A stretch of DNA of 63,795 nt, filler included, from Choristocarpus tenellus KU-1152 (GCA_964200185.2; 12 parts of 12 records of this genome joined end to end with filler, not necessarily neighbours in it), one strand, 5' to 3'; counted from the first letter of the whole stretch, positions 1 through 13,349 are shown. Numbers and translations: made by a program. The notes: generated by a model from the sequence alone, not told the origin.

Positions 1-69
1 TTTCTTGGTCAGGACCCGAATGGACACCCTGGAGTAGACCCCTCCCCCCTCCCCCAGATACTTTAAGCC
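1..69 (+). mobile_element. MITE family A1, right-end fragment cut by the window edge
   Basis: GAATGGACACCCTGGAGTAGACC-polyC-CAGATACTTTAAGCC matches the right end of the full copies at 46535-46710 and 62897-63078. Confidence 0.8.
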
Positions 70-2679
70 TCTCTCCACAAAACCCAGGAGATTGAGCTGA
101 AGAGACGACAAAAGGAGACTGGTCACTACATCATCAAGACGGGATTCATTGCCATTCCAGAGGACGAAGGGACAGAGGATCCTTGCCTGGATCCAGACAT
201 ACACAAGACCTCAGACAGGCGGTACACAAACCTCCAAAAAAAATAAAATAAAACAAGAATCTACTTACGACTCGCTTATGGATCATGGAGGGCAGAAGGA
301 GGGAAAATTGTTAAAATACCAATTGAAGCTCTCTGACCCATTATTTGTACAGGGAGAGGAACCAATCTACATGTGATATAAGTTAGAGTGATATGAGTTA
401 GATGGGAGGAGACCAAGAGAAAAAAATGAGGGTCAGAGAATGTTATGTAAAGGGTGTCATCATTCGTACATGTTTGTGTTATGGTAGTGCTTCACAAGTG
501 TTGTGGAAGTTAAATTCAACATTTTTACCTGTGGGTAAATGTGAGTGTGAGTGTGTCTCCGAGATTTTGCAAAATATAATAATGAACATATCATTTTGAA
601 CTTCAACTTCTTTCTCAAACTGATTCCACAACTGTATGTACTACTCCATTATTAGACCATAGTATCCTAGAGGGGGGGGGGTATTTAGACAGAGTGGTCC
701 ATGGAGCTTGATGGGGTGCTCTATGTAGGATACTCCACTTTTGATGCCCGTTTTGCTGGTGATTATTATTTATTTATGTGGTCTATACAGAGGGGTGTAA
801 AAGGAAGTTGTGTTAAAATGAAGGAATTTCTCTTACATATAACACAATGCCTAACATGATGTGAAGTCACCACAAGGTTACACAGGTTCCAAATGGATGC
901 CTGACCCCCTGTCTAGGATACTATGGGCCATTGGTTGGGGAACCTCAAGAACAGAGCAAGAACTTTTCCACACATTGAAAGAGACCACACTTCCATTTCT
1001 TACAAGTCTTGATTGTCCTTCAATTCTAGATGTAAAGGAAGTACTGTATTCTTCCCACATACTTTTTTACAATACAGATGGCTAGAGATGTAAACCCCAA
1101 ACCTGACTACCTTTCAGTTGTTTTGACTTATCTGTGATTCCAATAGGATAAGGAAATACCTCACCAATCAAACCACACCATGGGTCAAAGTATCTGGGGG
1201 GGGGGTGCCGACGTCTGTTTTTGACCCAATCAAAGCACCTCATTACTGCGTAGCACACAAAAGGTTCTTATCAACACTTCCCATGAATGGAGTTGGAGCG
1301 CTATCAACCCCCACTGCTACTCCTAGCCCTCTTTCCATTGCCCACACAACAACCCTATCCTCCATCATGTTCATGTCCTAAGCCAATCAGAGTTCTTCCA
1401 CAATTCACAAGCACTTTAAACTCTCGACATCATATGTCTAACAATAAACTTTTACACAAGGCAAAAGCTGGAAATTTTCGGTTTGGAACGAATTGGCATA
1501 TTTCCACACTGTATAACTCTATGCGGCATCATCCACTCATTCAGCCTCTATTTCTCACTGGGTACTCGGTACCAATGGCTCTTCATGCTTACAGGATTAT
1601 ATATTACCCCCCTTGCCTCACACAGGTCCATCTTGTGGCTGAACCACATCGTCTGACACCATACTGGAGTATACACACCAACCCAGTCTTTCATACCTCA
1701 CCAGGTCTAAGGTACACCTCCGGTGGCACATCTCAGGTCGAGAATCTCACCAACGAATTTCAGATTTGAGAAGTCCGAGGAATATCTTTGGTGGAACATA
1801 ACAGGTTGAGATTTTCAAGAACGGTCTTTGCTAGTTTCCGAGTTCGAGGGCACCTCCGATTACACATCTAAGGTAAAGAGTTTTGCCGACGTGTATCCTC
1901 ATCTTCAGACTCTTCGTCCAAGCTCTTGTCAAGAATCGACATGAAGTCTTGGTCACATATCTTGTCAGAACCACATTTGTCTCTAGGCTTCAGTTCAGAT
2001 ATGCCTCTTCAGTGATGGTGGTCTCTTCAAGACCCTCTTAGGTAATTCTTATTTCTTTGAGGTAATCATGAGCGATTCTCATTGATTGGGTCGTGTTGCA
2101 AACTATTCCAGGTCAAGCGCCAGATTCGAACAAGATCTGTTTTGCTTTGTTTCTGTTCAGGCTTGTCCACCCACACCTTGTTTGTACAACTAGGCCCACC
2201 ACTATCTAGAGGATACTTTGAGCATCTATCTCTCCTCATCTTACTCTTCTCATCTTCATCCTGTCTGTTCCTGTTGTCCCATCAACACGACCTAATGGTT
2301 TTCATCGCCACACACTTTCAGAGGTCCATCCCATTTGTAAGTCAGGGGAAAGATGAAAGTGGAGGTGTTTTAAAAACAACAATGTTTTTTGCTCTGCTCA
2401 CGAATTCTGGATTATTGATTAACCTCGTCTTAGCATTCCATACATTCTACTCCTCCTCAACCATTGCAACACCACTGGCGACCAACCAGTGTGACCAATC
2501 TTAGCCCCTTGTTTTCCAGTGACCAACCAGTGACCAACCAATGTTACCAATCTTTGCAACTGGTTTCCAGGCACCAGCCAATGTGGTTGATTCCGCATAT
2601 CCAGTGACCAACCTATATGAGTTACAAATACGAGAATGAGCACCTCACTAGAAGTGTGAAAATCATATCATCTAACCCT

Positions 2680-3510
2680 CCTTTGTATCACTATTTCCAA
2701 TGTCCCCGTTATTGCCATTCTCGTTGCCCCCCCTGTCCTGCCCGACTGTAGGGCGTAATCCTCCAGTCTCAATTTGAGTTCCCTTGCTATGCTACTTAGG
2801 ATCTATGTTGACTTGCCTCTTGAGATCACCTTCCCCTTCTCACCATCCCTATACGTATCAGTTGGTAGGTCAGAGAGGAATCCCAAGATTGCTACCACAA
2901 CATCAAAGCTCCCCATACTTTCTTTACCCCCTTGCCCTTCCAATCTATGCCTCATCAACGCCACTCCCTTACTACCCTCGTCTCCTTTTGACTCTGTGAA
3001 TGTCACCTCTACTTTCTCCACCCAGTTCTATCCCTTCACCTTAGCCTTGCTACTCCCTCCATACCACGTTTTCCCCCTTCCCACAAAATACTAGTATACC
3101 CTCCTGAACTTCATCATATGCCCATAATTCTGATGCTCTTCCAAAAAAGGGAAGAATGAGAAGCGTAGCCCTAGCCTAGTTCATTCTCCCTCCCCTCCAA
3201 ACATTGTCAAACACTGTTTTGTCTCTACCACCGTCCTACATGTCAGTAGTCTCCTCATCTTAGGCTGTATACCCCCTCTTGTATGACTCCTACCTATACT
3301 CTTCAATACCGAGGGCAAAATGAAATGTTGTTTAGGCAATTGGAAGTTAAGATATTGTTTGTGGTAGTATTGGATTACTGAAATCTTAGCCTTGACTTTG
3401 CTTACCTGGTTCCCCTTACTCCCACAACGAAAACACATTAACTCTGCCAGGGTCGTCACTACATCTACCTCCTGACTCCTGGGGTCCAGCCACCCCCACT
3501 CAATCAATCT
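2680..3510 (-). pseudogene. Tyrosine recombinase remnant of the DIRS-like element
   Basis: N-terminal LAELMCFRCGSKGNQVSKVKAKISVIQYYH...LP..HFIL.SVLKSIGRSH (3181-3507). VEVTFTESKGDEGSKG resembles the SKxDQ motif (2803-3021). EDYALQSGRTGGATRMA near 2715-2765 is a degenerate HSxRxGGAT catalytic motif. Confidence 0.8.
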
Positions 3511-3879
3511 TCTATGTGCACGGCACTCAGATCCTCCCCTCCTCTCCTTTCACTACACTCGATGTATTGTATTTCTTCAAGTACTCTGGGAAATTATATC
3601 TGCGCCACCTACCTGTCTCTACAACACTGGATCTCCTTTATGCTGTAAATCACCCGTCTGAGAACCAAGTTGTAGTTGGTAGTCTCTTTACGAAACCAGG
3701 TGAATTCAGGTTTCCCCCTTTCTCTGCCAGTCCCCACTCCGCTACCCACCTCCACCAGTACAGGTCTTCTCTGAATTTTCTGCCTATCCTCACCTGTCTA
3801 TTTCCTGCCCTACTCCTACACCCTGTCCTCTTTGGCCCCTACCTTACACTATCCTACACAGCCAGCCCCTATCCTGCCA

Positions 3880-4728
3880 TCCTGGTGTAGCTCCAACAGA
3901 TGCACCAGCCACCAAAGGAAGAATCGGCCCGGTTGCATCACGTAATACTTTCCTAAAAGTGCCCACATATCCCGTATCCGCACTACTGGACTAGACTCTG
4001 ACCCCTACTCTAACAGTCCCTTCAATCTCCATAATTATTATTTCTGGCCACACAATCCATCATAAATTATGCGTCCATCTTCCACTCGACTACTCTCTGT
4101 GTGGTATGCCATTTTGTAAGCTTTTTTTTTACACGTTAGGGGGTTTCTCTCCTTCCGTAGGGTCTAGCAATTGCATATGATCAGACACAGAGAATTTGTT
4201 GCCAATTGTTATTCTTCCATCTTCAAAATATCAGATCTCTACAGGATACCCTCCTTGTGTATTTATGTGAAGACTGTCCCACACCTGTAGTATTCTTTAG
4301 GCTTCAGAGATTACAACAGGAGACGAGGGGATTGTTTTGCAATGAGAGAATTCTAGGGCATTTGCCAGTAGGTCTCACCATCCTGGACTATTCCTCCATT
4401 CAAAATGAAGCCTGAAATTTATCACGACAAACTCACCAACAGAATATCCAAACCTAGCCGGCCCCTTCGGGTCAACTGGTACTTGGCGAAAGGCCTCCTT
4501 AACATCCATTTTACTAATCATAATTCTTGCCTTTGGGAACTTGCGGAAACCCAATATCCTATTGATCATGTTTACTAACACTGTACCACAGTGCACAGGG
4601 GGAGCAGCCCCAAAGTTCGTGTTTCCACTCACACTCGGTCCCCAACTATCCTGCTGACATGACAAATCATTGAGATTCCTAACCGATGCACTGCCCTGAA
4701 CCACCTCTCCTGCCACTTTTCGCAACAA
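3880..4728 (-). pseudogene. Reverse transcriptase remnant, DIRS-like
   Basis: ISKMDVKEAFRQVPVDP...FGY...INFRLHFEWRNSPGW matches RT motifs KxDxxxAFxQ and RLxFGWxxSP. Confidence 0.8.
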
Positions 4729-6129
4729 TGCTCCCTTCTGATTATCTGCACTCCTACGGTTCCCGTCCTCTAGCCTGCCTACCTTAGACTCTGCCTTTCC
4801 AAGATCTATCCTAATGTATTAGTAAATCAGAAGCTAAAAAACACAAATGTGAGAACCGAAAAGACAAAGATTTTTTGAGGGCCAAGTAGTGGTTCCTGAG
4901 GTGCTGCTTGTGCATCTTGGATGCGTTCTACACATACTGTACTTAGTGACCCGTGCAGATGTGGAGGAGTGCTCGTTCTCTCTTTCGAGTTCTTCCTTAT
5001 CTTGTTTCTCCCTCAATTTTCGAGGTTCACCTTCAAACGCCCCTATCTCTTCCTTATGCATTGTTGACGTCTAAAGCGTTGACGATTTTTTTTCGCGAGT
5101 TCAGCACGAACCTCAGCCTTGCTGTTCTCACCAGCTACCCTCTTCGTCTCTCATCTTCCTCTTGAAGCATTCCAGTCGCAATAGCGTTTTGACTCCCTTG
5201 ATTCCTCTGTTTTCAGAGTGAATTCGATCATGGTGAAGGCTCGGTTGACTTTGTCCACCTCTGCTTTCACTTCCCTCAATTCGATCTCTAACTTGATTTT
5301 CGAGACGATCTCAGAACATCAGCAGAACTCTGTTCACTAATCCATTTAGCATCTCGACTACAGGTGCTTTCCCTATGTTGGTGATGCCATGTTATAGGCT
5401 TTCTTTCTCTTTTAAACAGCTCGGAATCTCTTTTGCACACTGCCTCTAAGCCACCTACACACCTTCGTGTCGAGTTATCCATTTTCAATACTTTGAGGTA
5501 CAACTTATCTTAGCAATCCAAGGAGGATTGGGGTGTGGTTTGTTACAAAAAAGAAGCCTTGAAAAAATCCCTAATTTTATCTTCTGAAAAATTCTGTGAC
5601 AGATTAGGTATTCCTCCATACATAACAGAAAAAAATAGAAAATAATGAAATGAAGACCTCATCTACAAATTCTAGAAAAACAGATGATCATTCAAATAAC
5701 CCTACATTTTTTGGAATATCTATGAAAAGGAAAACATCAATGGTTATTGTGTGGTGTTAACCAATGTCTTAAAAAGTTCGACTATATTAGTAAGTGGAGA
5801 ACAATAATAAAAACAAAAAGGAATGAGAAGGAATGAGCCAAGACACTTCCGATCAACTTCTTCACAATATTTATGACGTTTAGTATTATTTAGTCTTGTT
5901 GTAGAGAGGAAAAGTGCTACATCAGTTAGAGGACAAAAATGTCACAACTATGAAAAAAAAGAAGGATATTCGGAGAAAACAAAAATATGGTTCTCATTAA
6001 ATAGATCTAAGTGTAGTCGTGGTTGATTTGAAAAATACTCTTAAAAATAAAAATACAAAGAATTGTATACACAACAATCCTCGGTTAAATATTGATAACT
6101 ACAATGCAATGTGTACACTATTGCTATAT

Positions 6130-6800
6130 ATGCCTGTAACGTAGCTTAGCCCTACAAAGATGTGTGAGGAGGTAGGGAAACATTCCTAGAATCTGACAAG
6201 TCCCTTCTTGTTCATTCGCCGGGTGCCTCTAGCTTGAAACGCATGACACATCTTGATGGAGCAACTTGTGCAGTGACGGACACTATCTGTCTTAAACTGG
6301 ACTTGATAGCTCCTTTCCTACTATATCCCCTGACCCTTCTCCCTCGCACTATATGTGTGGTTAACTCATCTAAGACAATTGTTTCTTGCTTTTCCAAGGT
6401 GCCCAAGATTTCCACAGCGAAGGTGTTGAGATTTGAACTACAGGGAAGTTCCAGTCCACTGAGAACGGGCTAGCATCCTCTATAGTGCAAGGGATGTTCA
6501 TCCCCTTACAGAGTTGGCCTAGACATTGAACCATCCACGCGTGCTGCTTTACCTTCCCTCCTGCCTTAGGGCAGGTACAAGCATGTCGTGTGTAGACACC
6601 TTGCCTCCTGCAACTACCACCAGGCACCTGTTGGATAGAGTCTCCTCCCTCCCTAGAGATCTGCTAATAGTATGCCTAGACTCTACGGGAGAATCCAGCT
6701 TGCTGGTTCAAGGGGTTGTGTGGAGGCCCATGCATTGATCCCTTATCCACGTTGCCTCCAGTGGCAGGCCAGGGCTAGAGGAGAACTTTCCTTCCCTTGT
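6130..6800 (-). mobile_element. 3' fragment of a CRE/REL-type non-LTR retrotransposon
   Basis: Zn-knuckle-like C..HACTCPKAGGKVKQH, then a C-terminus (EILGTL...LDELTTH...LRQIVSVTAQVA.SR) and a 3' tail (GGGCTAAGCTA) homologous to 15926-16220. Confidence 0.6.
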
Positions 6801-6825
6801 TCTGACCCAAAGTAACTGGGAGGGG

Positions 6826-6925
6826 NNNNNNNNNNNNNNNNNNNNNNNNNNNNNNNNNNNNNNNNNNNNTTAATTAATTAANNNNNNNNNNNNNNNNNNN
6901 NNNNNNNNNNNNNNNNNNNNNNNNN
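6826..6925. other. Artificial contig linker N44-TTAATTAATTAA-N44 (first of 11)
   Basis: Identical 100-bp spacers with stops in all six frames at 6826, 13609, 19730, 22727, 31037, 37225, 43544, 46391, 50355, 53196 and 60960. Confidence 0.98.
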
Positions 6926-7805
6926 GTATTGGTGGTGTAGTAATAATAAACTGATTTATAGTGGTTTTTACAGTGTCCCCCCCCCCCCCCCCCCCCCACA
7001 CACACACATACTGGGCAAGCATTTTACTTATTTTGCTGGCAGAAAGCAGGCTAGTTTCACATATATCCACATCAGTGTGGAGAGGGGTTTTATGGAGTTA
7101 GGCACTGTCTTTTATTTATTTATTTGCGAGGACTTCCGACGAGGAATTAGAAGGTGCAGTGTTGGAATGATTCCGGCAAAGAGGTTAGGTTACCAGGTAC
7201 CGATTCATGAGAAAGAAGATCACAAATGTGTAGTCCAAAAAGGATTTGGTACCAGGTGAACACTCAATACCCACATATATTTTTTTGTTTCTACACCAAT
7301 GACAGGTTGCCCATCTCAGTGTAGAAATATTTTTTATTTTTCATGTTTCCTCTGTTGTTTCTTACAGGTCATTTCTCACATCCATACCTGAATAAAAAAT
7401 AATATCTCATTGACAGCATGTGTCGAATTAAGGTACACCTTTTTGGTAAGTATCACAACTTGTACAGAAATTGAGTTTTTTTTCCATATTTTCATTTTAG
7501 GTCTCACCCAAGACACACTCTGCCCCCCAAGTGCTGATCCCTATTGACCTAGAGTTTAGGGGGGGGGGGGGAGGAAGTCGAGAGTTCATACTTAGGGGCT
7601 TAGGGTTAAGGTTAGGGTTGTTGTCAAGGTTGTATGTTCATCTTTCACAGGTTGGTCAAAAGTGTCATGATGACCAAATGCACTGCACATTTCTTGGGCA
7701 TGGTTGCACAAAACTACTATTTTTACTGCAAGTACCTTCCTGCAGTGAGCCTACTATATGTACTTGTTCTTCCCTAACTCCCATTTCCCCCCCCCCCCCC
7801 CCCCC

Positions 7806-7842
<37 letters not shown>

Positions 7843-8005
7843 TCTTTTTTTTTTNNNNNNNNNTTCCTCCCAGCCCCTTCCTCCGCGCGGCCGATCTGTT
7901 TTACTTGTTCTTCCCCCGGCGCCGCTGCCCCCCCCCCCCCCCCCCCCCCCCCCACCTCTCCTCTCTTCTTGTTTTGTTTTGTTTTGTTTTGTTTTGTTTT
8001 GTATG

Positions 8006-8410
8006 GGAGAGAAGGCGTTGGGGTTGCTGAGAAAAATGGAATGGGATAACGTGCAGCCCAGCGCTACCATCTTCAGGAGGGTCGTTGCAACCTGTCTCAA
8101 TGGCGGCGAAATAGATACGGTGAGTTTTAGGTATGCTGTTGACTCCTAGAGTGCCTTCTGTGACTTGAGTTCATTTCACAGGGAATCAATTTCCCGGAAC
8201 GGACTAAGGTACTTAAATCAACCTCCTATGGCTCAAAGTATCTGGGGGGGGGGGGGGGGGGGGGGCAGGCATGGCCTCGGTGGGGCTCTGCTGTGTTTGT
8301 TGTGTGTTTTTTTTGTGTGGGGCGGAAGANNNNNNNNNNCACAACACGAAAAAGAAAAAAACAGAAAAAAAAAAAAAAAAGAAAAAAGAGGAAAGAAGAA
8401 AAGGAGGGGA

Positions 8411-8457
<47 letters not shown>

Positions 8458-11270
8458 ACTGTCCATTTGGGGCGCATTTTTCCATGTTGTGATTTTTGTG
8501 TGATTTGGTTGCACACGCTGGATGGATAACGTAGGTGGACTTCTCCTGGTCAAGGCTCAAATGGACACTCTGGCGTAGAGCCACCCCCGCCCCCAGATAC
8601 TTGGAGCCTATCTCCATTCAAGTGCTTAAAAACCAAGTTTCTTGTACCACAGTAGGTACTTTGGAAGGACTAGTAGGTACATGGAAGTACTTGTTGGTCC
8701 TGTAGCTAAGGTGAGAATAGTGCTTAAAAAAAGAGTTACTGTAGTGGGCAGGCGTTAAGCCTCTGAGGGTGTGGTAATGATCATCAGCGGTGGTGTTGTG
8801 CAGGAAAGCAAGCAGAGGAGGGGGAGTGAAGTCACCCAATGTGTTCAATAGTGTGCTGGGGGTGATAGCTGGAACCAGTCTTTTCCCCTGAATTTGTGTC
8901 GACTACGTGAATTTGAAGTTGTAATTAAGTTGATATGGAATGATTTCTAGACACAGTAGCCCCAGTCACAGAAGAGGGAAGGGAAGAGCAATTAGTGCTT
9001 GTGTTCTCCTCAAGGAGGACTACCTACGGCCGCCTTGCGTGGAAACCCCCCTGGTGGCGTATTCAGTTGCAGATGAGATGGTAGAAAAAAAAACGAGAAT
9101 GAAGACTGCACCTGTCACTTTGTGAAGGCTCTGGAGAAGAGAGTAATTTTGGAGAATGTGTATCAGGATTGCATTTTTTTTGTTTTATTTATTTATCTTT
9201 ATTCATGGTACGGTACGACTACATCAGAACCTGTTGTTCTGGTTGTAGGTTACATTTCTTTCTACCCATTAGCACTAAAAAAAAAGTAATCACAACGCTC
9301 CACAGACCTATGATCTCTTAAATCACTGCGAGTTGCAAATGAAATTTCCTGGTCAAGTCCTCCCTCCCCTCCCCCCCCTCCCCCCCCCACCTTCCCTTCC
9401 CTGTGTGCATCTGTGGCAAACCTTTGATGTATATGGTTGGTTGGTTCCTTCCCCCTTGGAATGTGTGTGTATGTGCAGGCAATGCACATGGTGGAGAGGA
9501 TGAAGAGGCTGCATTTAGTGCCCCGTACTGGCTGCCTTAACTCCATCATCAAGGCCTTGTGTGAGGCGGGGCGAGTGGATGAGGTACATGGGGTGGGGGG
9601 AGGAAGGGGTGGTGTTCGCAAGGATGTTGGGGGATGGACGATGTTTGCTGGCCCATGCCTGTTGTGGATGGTGTCGTGATGCCCCCTAGTGAGGCGTTGT
9701 GGTTAGGAGGCTCGTGTTTTTTTTGTGTTGTTCTTTATCTCTCTGAAGGCAAGCACCGCTCTGATACTTCACAGTTTTGACACCCCCAACTCTCCCTTTT
9801 CTCATCCTTTTTTTTTTGCGGCTTACGCACCATTCCACACCAACCGACGCCTGCCATTGCTTAAACCCCATATTGCAACACATGCTTGTGTGCGGCGGCA
9901 TGTTTCACCGCCTCCTGTGCTGGAAACCCAGGCGCTGCGTGTGTTGATGTCGCTGAAGAACCAAGACGTAAGGCGACACCGGGAGTACGGCCCAGACCGG
10001 TTCTCGTATGAACCTATCATTGCGGCTCTAACCGATGACCTCCGGTGGAAAGATGCCATAATGCTTCTAGATGAGATGGGTGACTTGAGGATACAGCCGA
10101 ACGTGTCGAGCTACACTGAAGTTGTCAGGGCGTAAGTTTTCCCCCATAGCTCCACACATGCGTGCGCGCGCGAACGCGCGCACATAGACACACCTATGCA
10201 TTCATTCATTCATTCATGTATACATATAGATGTGATGTGTACTCCATGCGACCTTCACACTTTGGTCGCCTGTCCTTTCCTCTCCAGGTTGTTGCACCTC
10301 TGAGTACAACTGCAAGCATTAAACCCTCAGTCCAATTGTGTCTGTGCAATTGTCTTATGTTTATGTATACGCCTCCTCATTGTGCGGTTGCTACACACAC
10401 ACACACACACACACACACATACTTCTGTATCCTAACCCTAACCCTAACCCCTGTTGGGGTGACTATATCACTACAGTATATTTATCGAATATTGAGCTGG
10501 TTGTTGAGTTTTTTTGTTGCCCCGATGGGTTAAGACTGTAGCATTGATTATCTGCACTAGAACAAAGTGCATCTCACGCGCCACAGTCCATCTAATATTT
10601 CACATCATTTATTTCATTATTACATTGTTTTCTATTTTTTCTCATGCACTTCAAATTTGAAAATCACTTGCTCCTTCGGGCTTACGGTGAGATTTTCAAA
10701 AAAATGAAAAACTCAAATAAATCTTTTGTTCAAAACCACCTTCCTTTGATTTTCGGAGTTTGAAGCTGTAAGAATTTTTCCTAACCCATTAGAAACCTGT
10801 CCTGACTTTACCTATAGCCTCCTGAACTTTGACTAGTCAATGCTCTACCATTCTCATCCATCACCACCCAGCTGTAGCTGTATCATTGTAGAAGCAATCC
10901 ACTTACCCCTCATCCTTCTATGCTATTACTGCATCTTAATGTCCGACCTTCATCACCCAGGTGTGAGCGGGCAAGGCAGTACCGTGTTGCACTGAGGCTT
11001 CTAGATGATATGCGCAGGAATCGTGTCCGGTTCTACGAAGTTGGCATTCTGGACGAGCTCTTCAAGCATGTCCTTGCTGGATTGGTGAGGTTCATTCGAA
11101 CTCGCTCTGAGAAAAAAGAGATGGAGTCAGAGCCGCACCCGTTATTTTTGGAGGATGGAGAGGATGGCGATGGTGTGTTTGATGAGGTAGACATCGGTTT
11201 GGAGGGAGGGGATAATGGTGATGACAGTCAAGGGAGGGCTTTGAACGGAGATTGTTTGGAGGGTTCGTAA
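8006..11270 (+). CDS. Pentatricopeptide-repeat (PPR) protein, 3' exons ~8006-8119, 9479-9583, 9932-10131, 10961-11270
   Basis: Phase-compatible exons with GT donors. AG acceptors are clear for the last three. They translate to PPR motifs: EKALGLLRKMEWDNVQPSATIFRRVVATC, AMHMVERMKRLHLVPRTGCLNSIIKALCEAGRVDE, PDRFSYEPIIAAL...WKDAIMLLDEMGDLRIQPNVSSYTEVVRACERARQYRVALRLLDDMR. Stop at 11268-11270. The first acceptor lies in poorly assembled sequence. Confidence 0.9.
8230..8608 (+). mobile_element. MITE family A1 in a PPR intron (inflated by low-complexity and gap sequence)
   Basis: TIRs GGCTCAAAGTATCTGGGG and CCCCAGATACTTGGAGCC, with TSD TAT/TAT. Confidence 0.8.
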
Positions 11271-12430
11271 GTGTGTGTGTGTGTGTGTGTGTGTTTGTGT
11301 GTTTATGACTTTAGTGGTTAAGGGAATCCTGAGGAGGCCAACAAGGCTTGTGTTGGCTGCTTGCTAGTGGAGTATTGTGATGGGATAGCTTGTAGCCTGT
11401 GGAGGGTGGCTAGGGTCGCAGTGATTCGGATCTTGTCAGAGGTGGTGGCTGTTGCCTACGTTGGCAGTGTGATGACCTTTGTCAAGATGAGGTTCATGGA
11501 TTTTGTACTGCTTCTAAAATAATTTGTTTTTTTCCCTTGGAGTGGCGGAAGGGAGGGTCCTTAGCTGTTTTCTTCATGATGAGACACATGTACTGGAAGG
11601 GGAGCTGTGAGGCCTTCTATGTCAATCAACATGGGGAAACCCACCATGTGGCTGTGCCCTTTGTTCAGTAGAAAGACGTCAAGGAAGAAGAGGACATGTA
11701 CCTGCGTGCAGGGTGATTTGCACTCCTATATTGGTTTGATATGGTTGACTTTTTTGATTGGACAGCCTTTGATTAATAAACTCATTCTCTGTTACAGATT
11801 GGGATCCTGGGGGTCGAGGAGGCAAGGGAAGTGGATGGAGTAGTGTGCTCTGAAAGATGTTTAGGGGGGTTACTGGTCATCATTGGGTGCTTGCTTTTTT
11901 TTTTGTACGTACATGGAAGTAAGGTGTAGTTTAGTTAAGGTAGGATGTGTTGTTTGGGGATAGGAGAGGCAAGAGTAATAGATTGGCACAAACAATATTA
12001 TTACAGTGTTGAGTGACTTGGTATGTTGATTATTAGAAGGGATGGGGGTGAACAGGTTAGGATGGTCCATGGCTCTCTACCATGCACATTTTTGAGACTT
12101 CGTTTGCTTGTTGCAGAAGAGAAGAGGTATCGCGCACTCCTCACAACAAGGGTCAGATAGTATTTTTTATTGTTGTGGGCTTCCAGGCATACACAAGAGG
12201 AATGGGAGGATGGAGGGAGTGTAGGGGCACTCACTCCAGAGCTGGTTTTATAGAGGGCTGTAGACTCTACCCGTAGTTTCGTCTCAAAAACATAAAAGAA
12301 ATAAGTGAGATCATGATCATGTTTCTGGACTGTAGATCCTTTGCTCACACCAAACATTAAGAATTACATTGTTCATTTGTGGTTGAGCATTCCAAGAATG
12401 AAGACCATCAATGGTGGTTGCCTTCTGATG

Positions 12431-13349
12431 TTAGACATGCAAGTGGAACAGACAAATCGTAAGTGTGTTTGTTTGTTGCCAGTGATCATCCCTTGTTTCT
12501 CGAAGGATATGCCCAAAACACCACTGCAAATGAATAGATAAGATTGCACCATGTGATCGCACACATTCACTCAAATATACAAGCAGCCAGGGATAAGAGT
12601 TCACACACAACTTGAGAGAGTGATCGAGTTCTGTGTTGTAAGGGATCAATGGAGAAACGAACTGGAAAGGTAAGTGAACGAGGGAGGTTAAGGCAGGTTG
12701 AGCAAGGGCTAGGGCCCTGAATGCAGCAGATTCCATTGTCGTCGCCTATGATTGTTGCCACCACTCAAAACAATCACAATCGTCAGGATTCACAGTATGG
12801 CCGTAGGGATTATGTCTAGGTCAACGCGAGCCGGTTGCGCATCATCTCACCCAAAACTTACCACGTCAGCCATCCAAGAAGAAAAACGGTCTGTGTACAG
12901 ACATACATCCAGCTTTGTTCGCGCGATCAGTCTTTGCAATGTCAAGGAGATCCGTCCCAAGAAGGATTCATACCTGACATAAAATATAAGAATACCTATT
13001 TTAGTGTGTAAATGCAAGTCGGTTTTAAGACATTATGTACCCCATAACAACATGAAGAAAAATGAACTGATTCTTCTCTAACCATAAACTATTAATACTA
13101 TGATGATAATACTACACTAAATAAATTCGAAGCATCTATTATGTAGGTTGTAGGATTTTTATCGTGTACCTCATAGAGGACATCCAACCAACGATAGTAA
13201 TATGCACACTATGCTTCATACAGGAACAGCATTTTGCAGTTTTTAACTATTAACATAAGATTGGTGAGATCTGGCAAGTGCCAAGTGCAAAGCTCACACA
13301 ACCTTTCAGTCACTCTCCTTCCAAAGTCACTGCTCGCAGAACCTCCATC
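12431..13349 (-). CDS. Candidate exons of an unknown gene (13349-13303, 12973-12862, 12745 to ~12431)
   Basis: Three exons join in phase at AG/GT sites: DGGSASSDFGRRVTER-YESFLGRISLTLQRLIARTKLDVCLYTDRFSSWMADV-ATTMESAAFRALALAQPALTSLVHLPFQFVSPLIP... No family recognised. Confidence 0.4.

Larger units (their letters stand above)
2680..4728 (-). mobile_element. Decayed DIRS/Ngaro-type tyrosine-recombinase retrotransposon (RT followed by YR)
   Basis: The minus strand gives RT motifs at 4375-4600, a post-RT LLGK..V.QPGRFF segment near 3900-3990, and YR segments at 2680-3510. This RT-then-YR order is typical of DIRS-like elements. Many stops and frameshifts. Confidence 0.8.

Noticed and set aside
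6826-6925. Recurrent TTAATTAATTAA palindrome flanked by Ns as a biological motif
   Set aside because: Identical 100-bp construct at 11 places with stops in all six frames. It is an assembly linker.
7531-8553. Poly-Pro, poly-Gly and poly-Lys ORFs in several frames
   Set aside because: They come from homopolymer C/G/A/T runs around small N gaps. This is low-quality intronic sequence, not coding.
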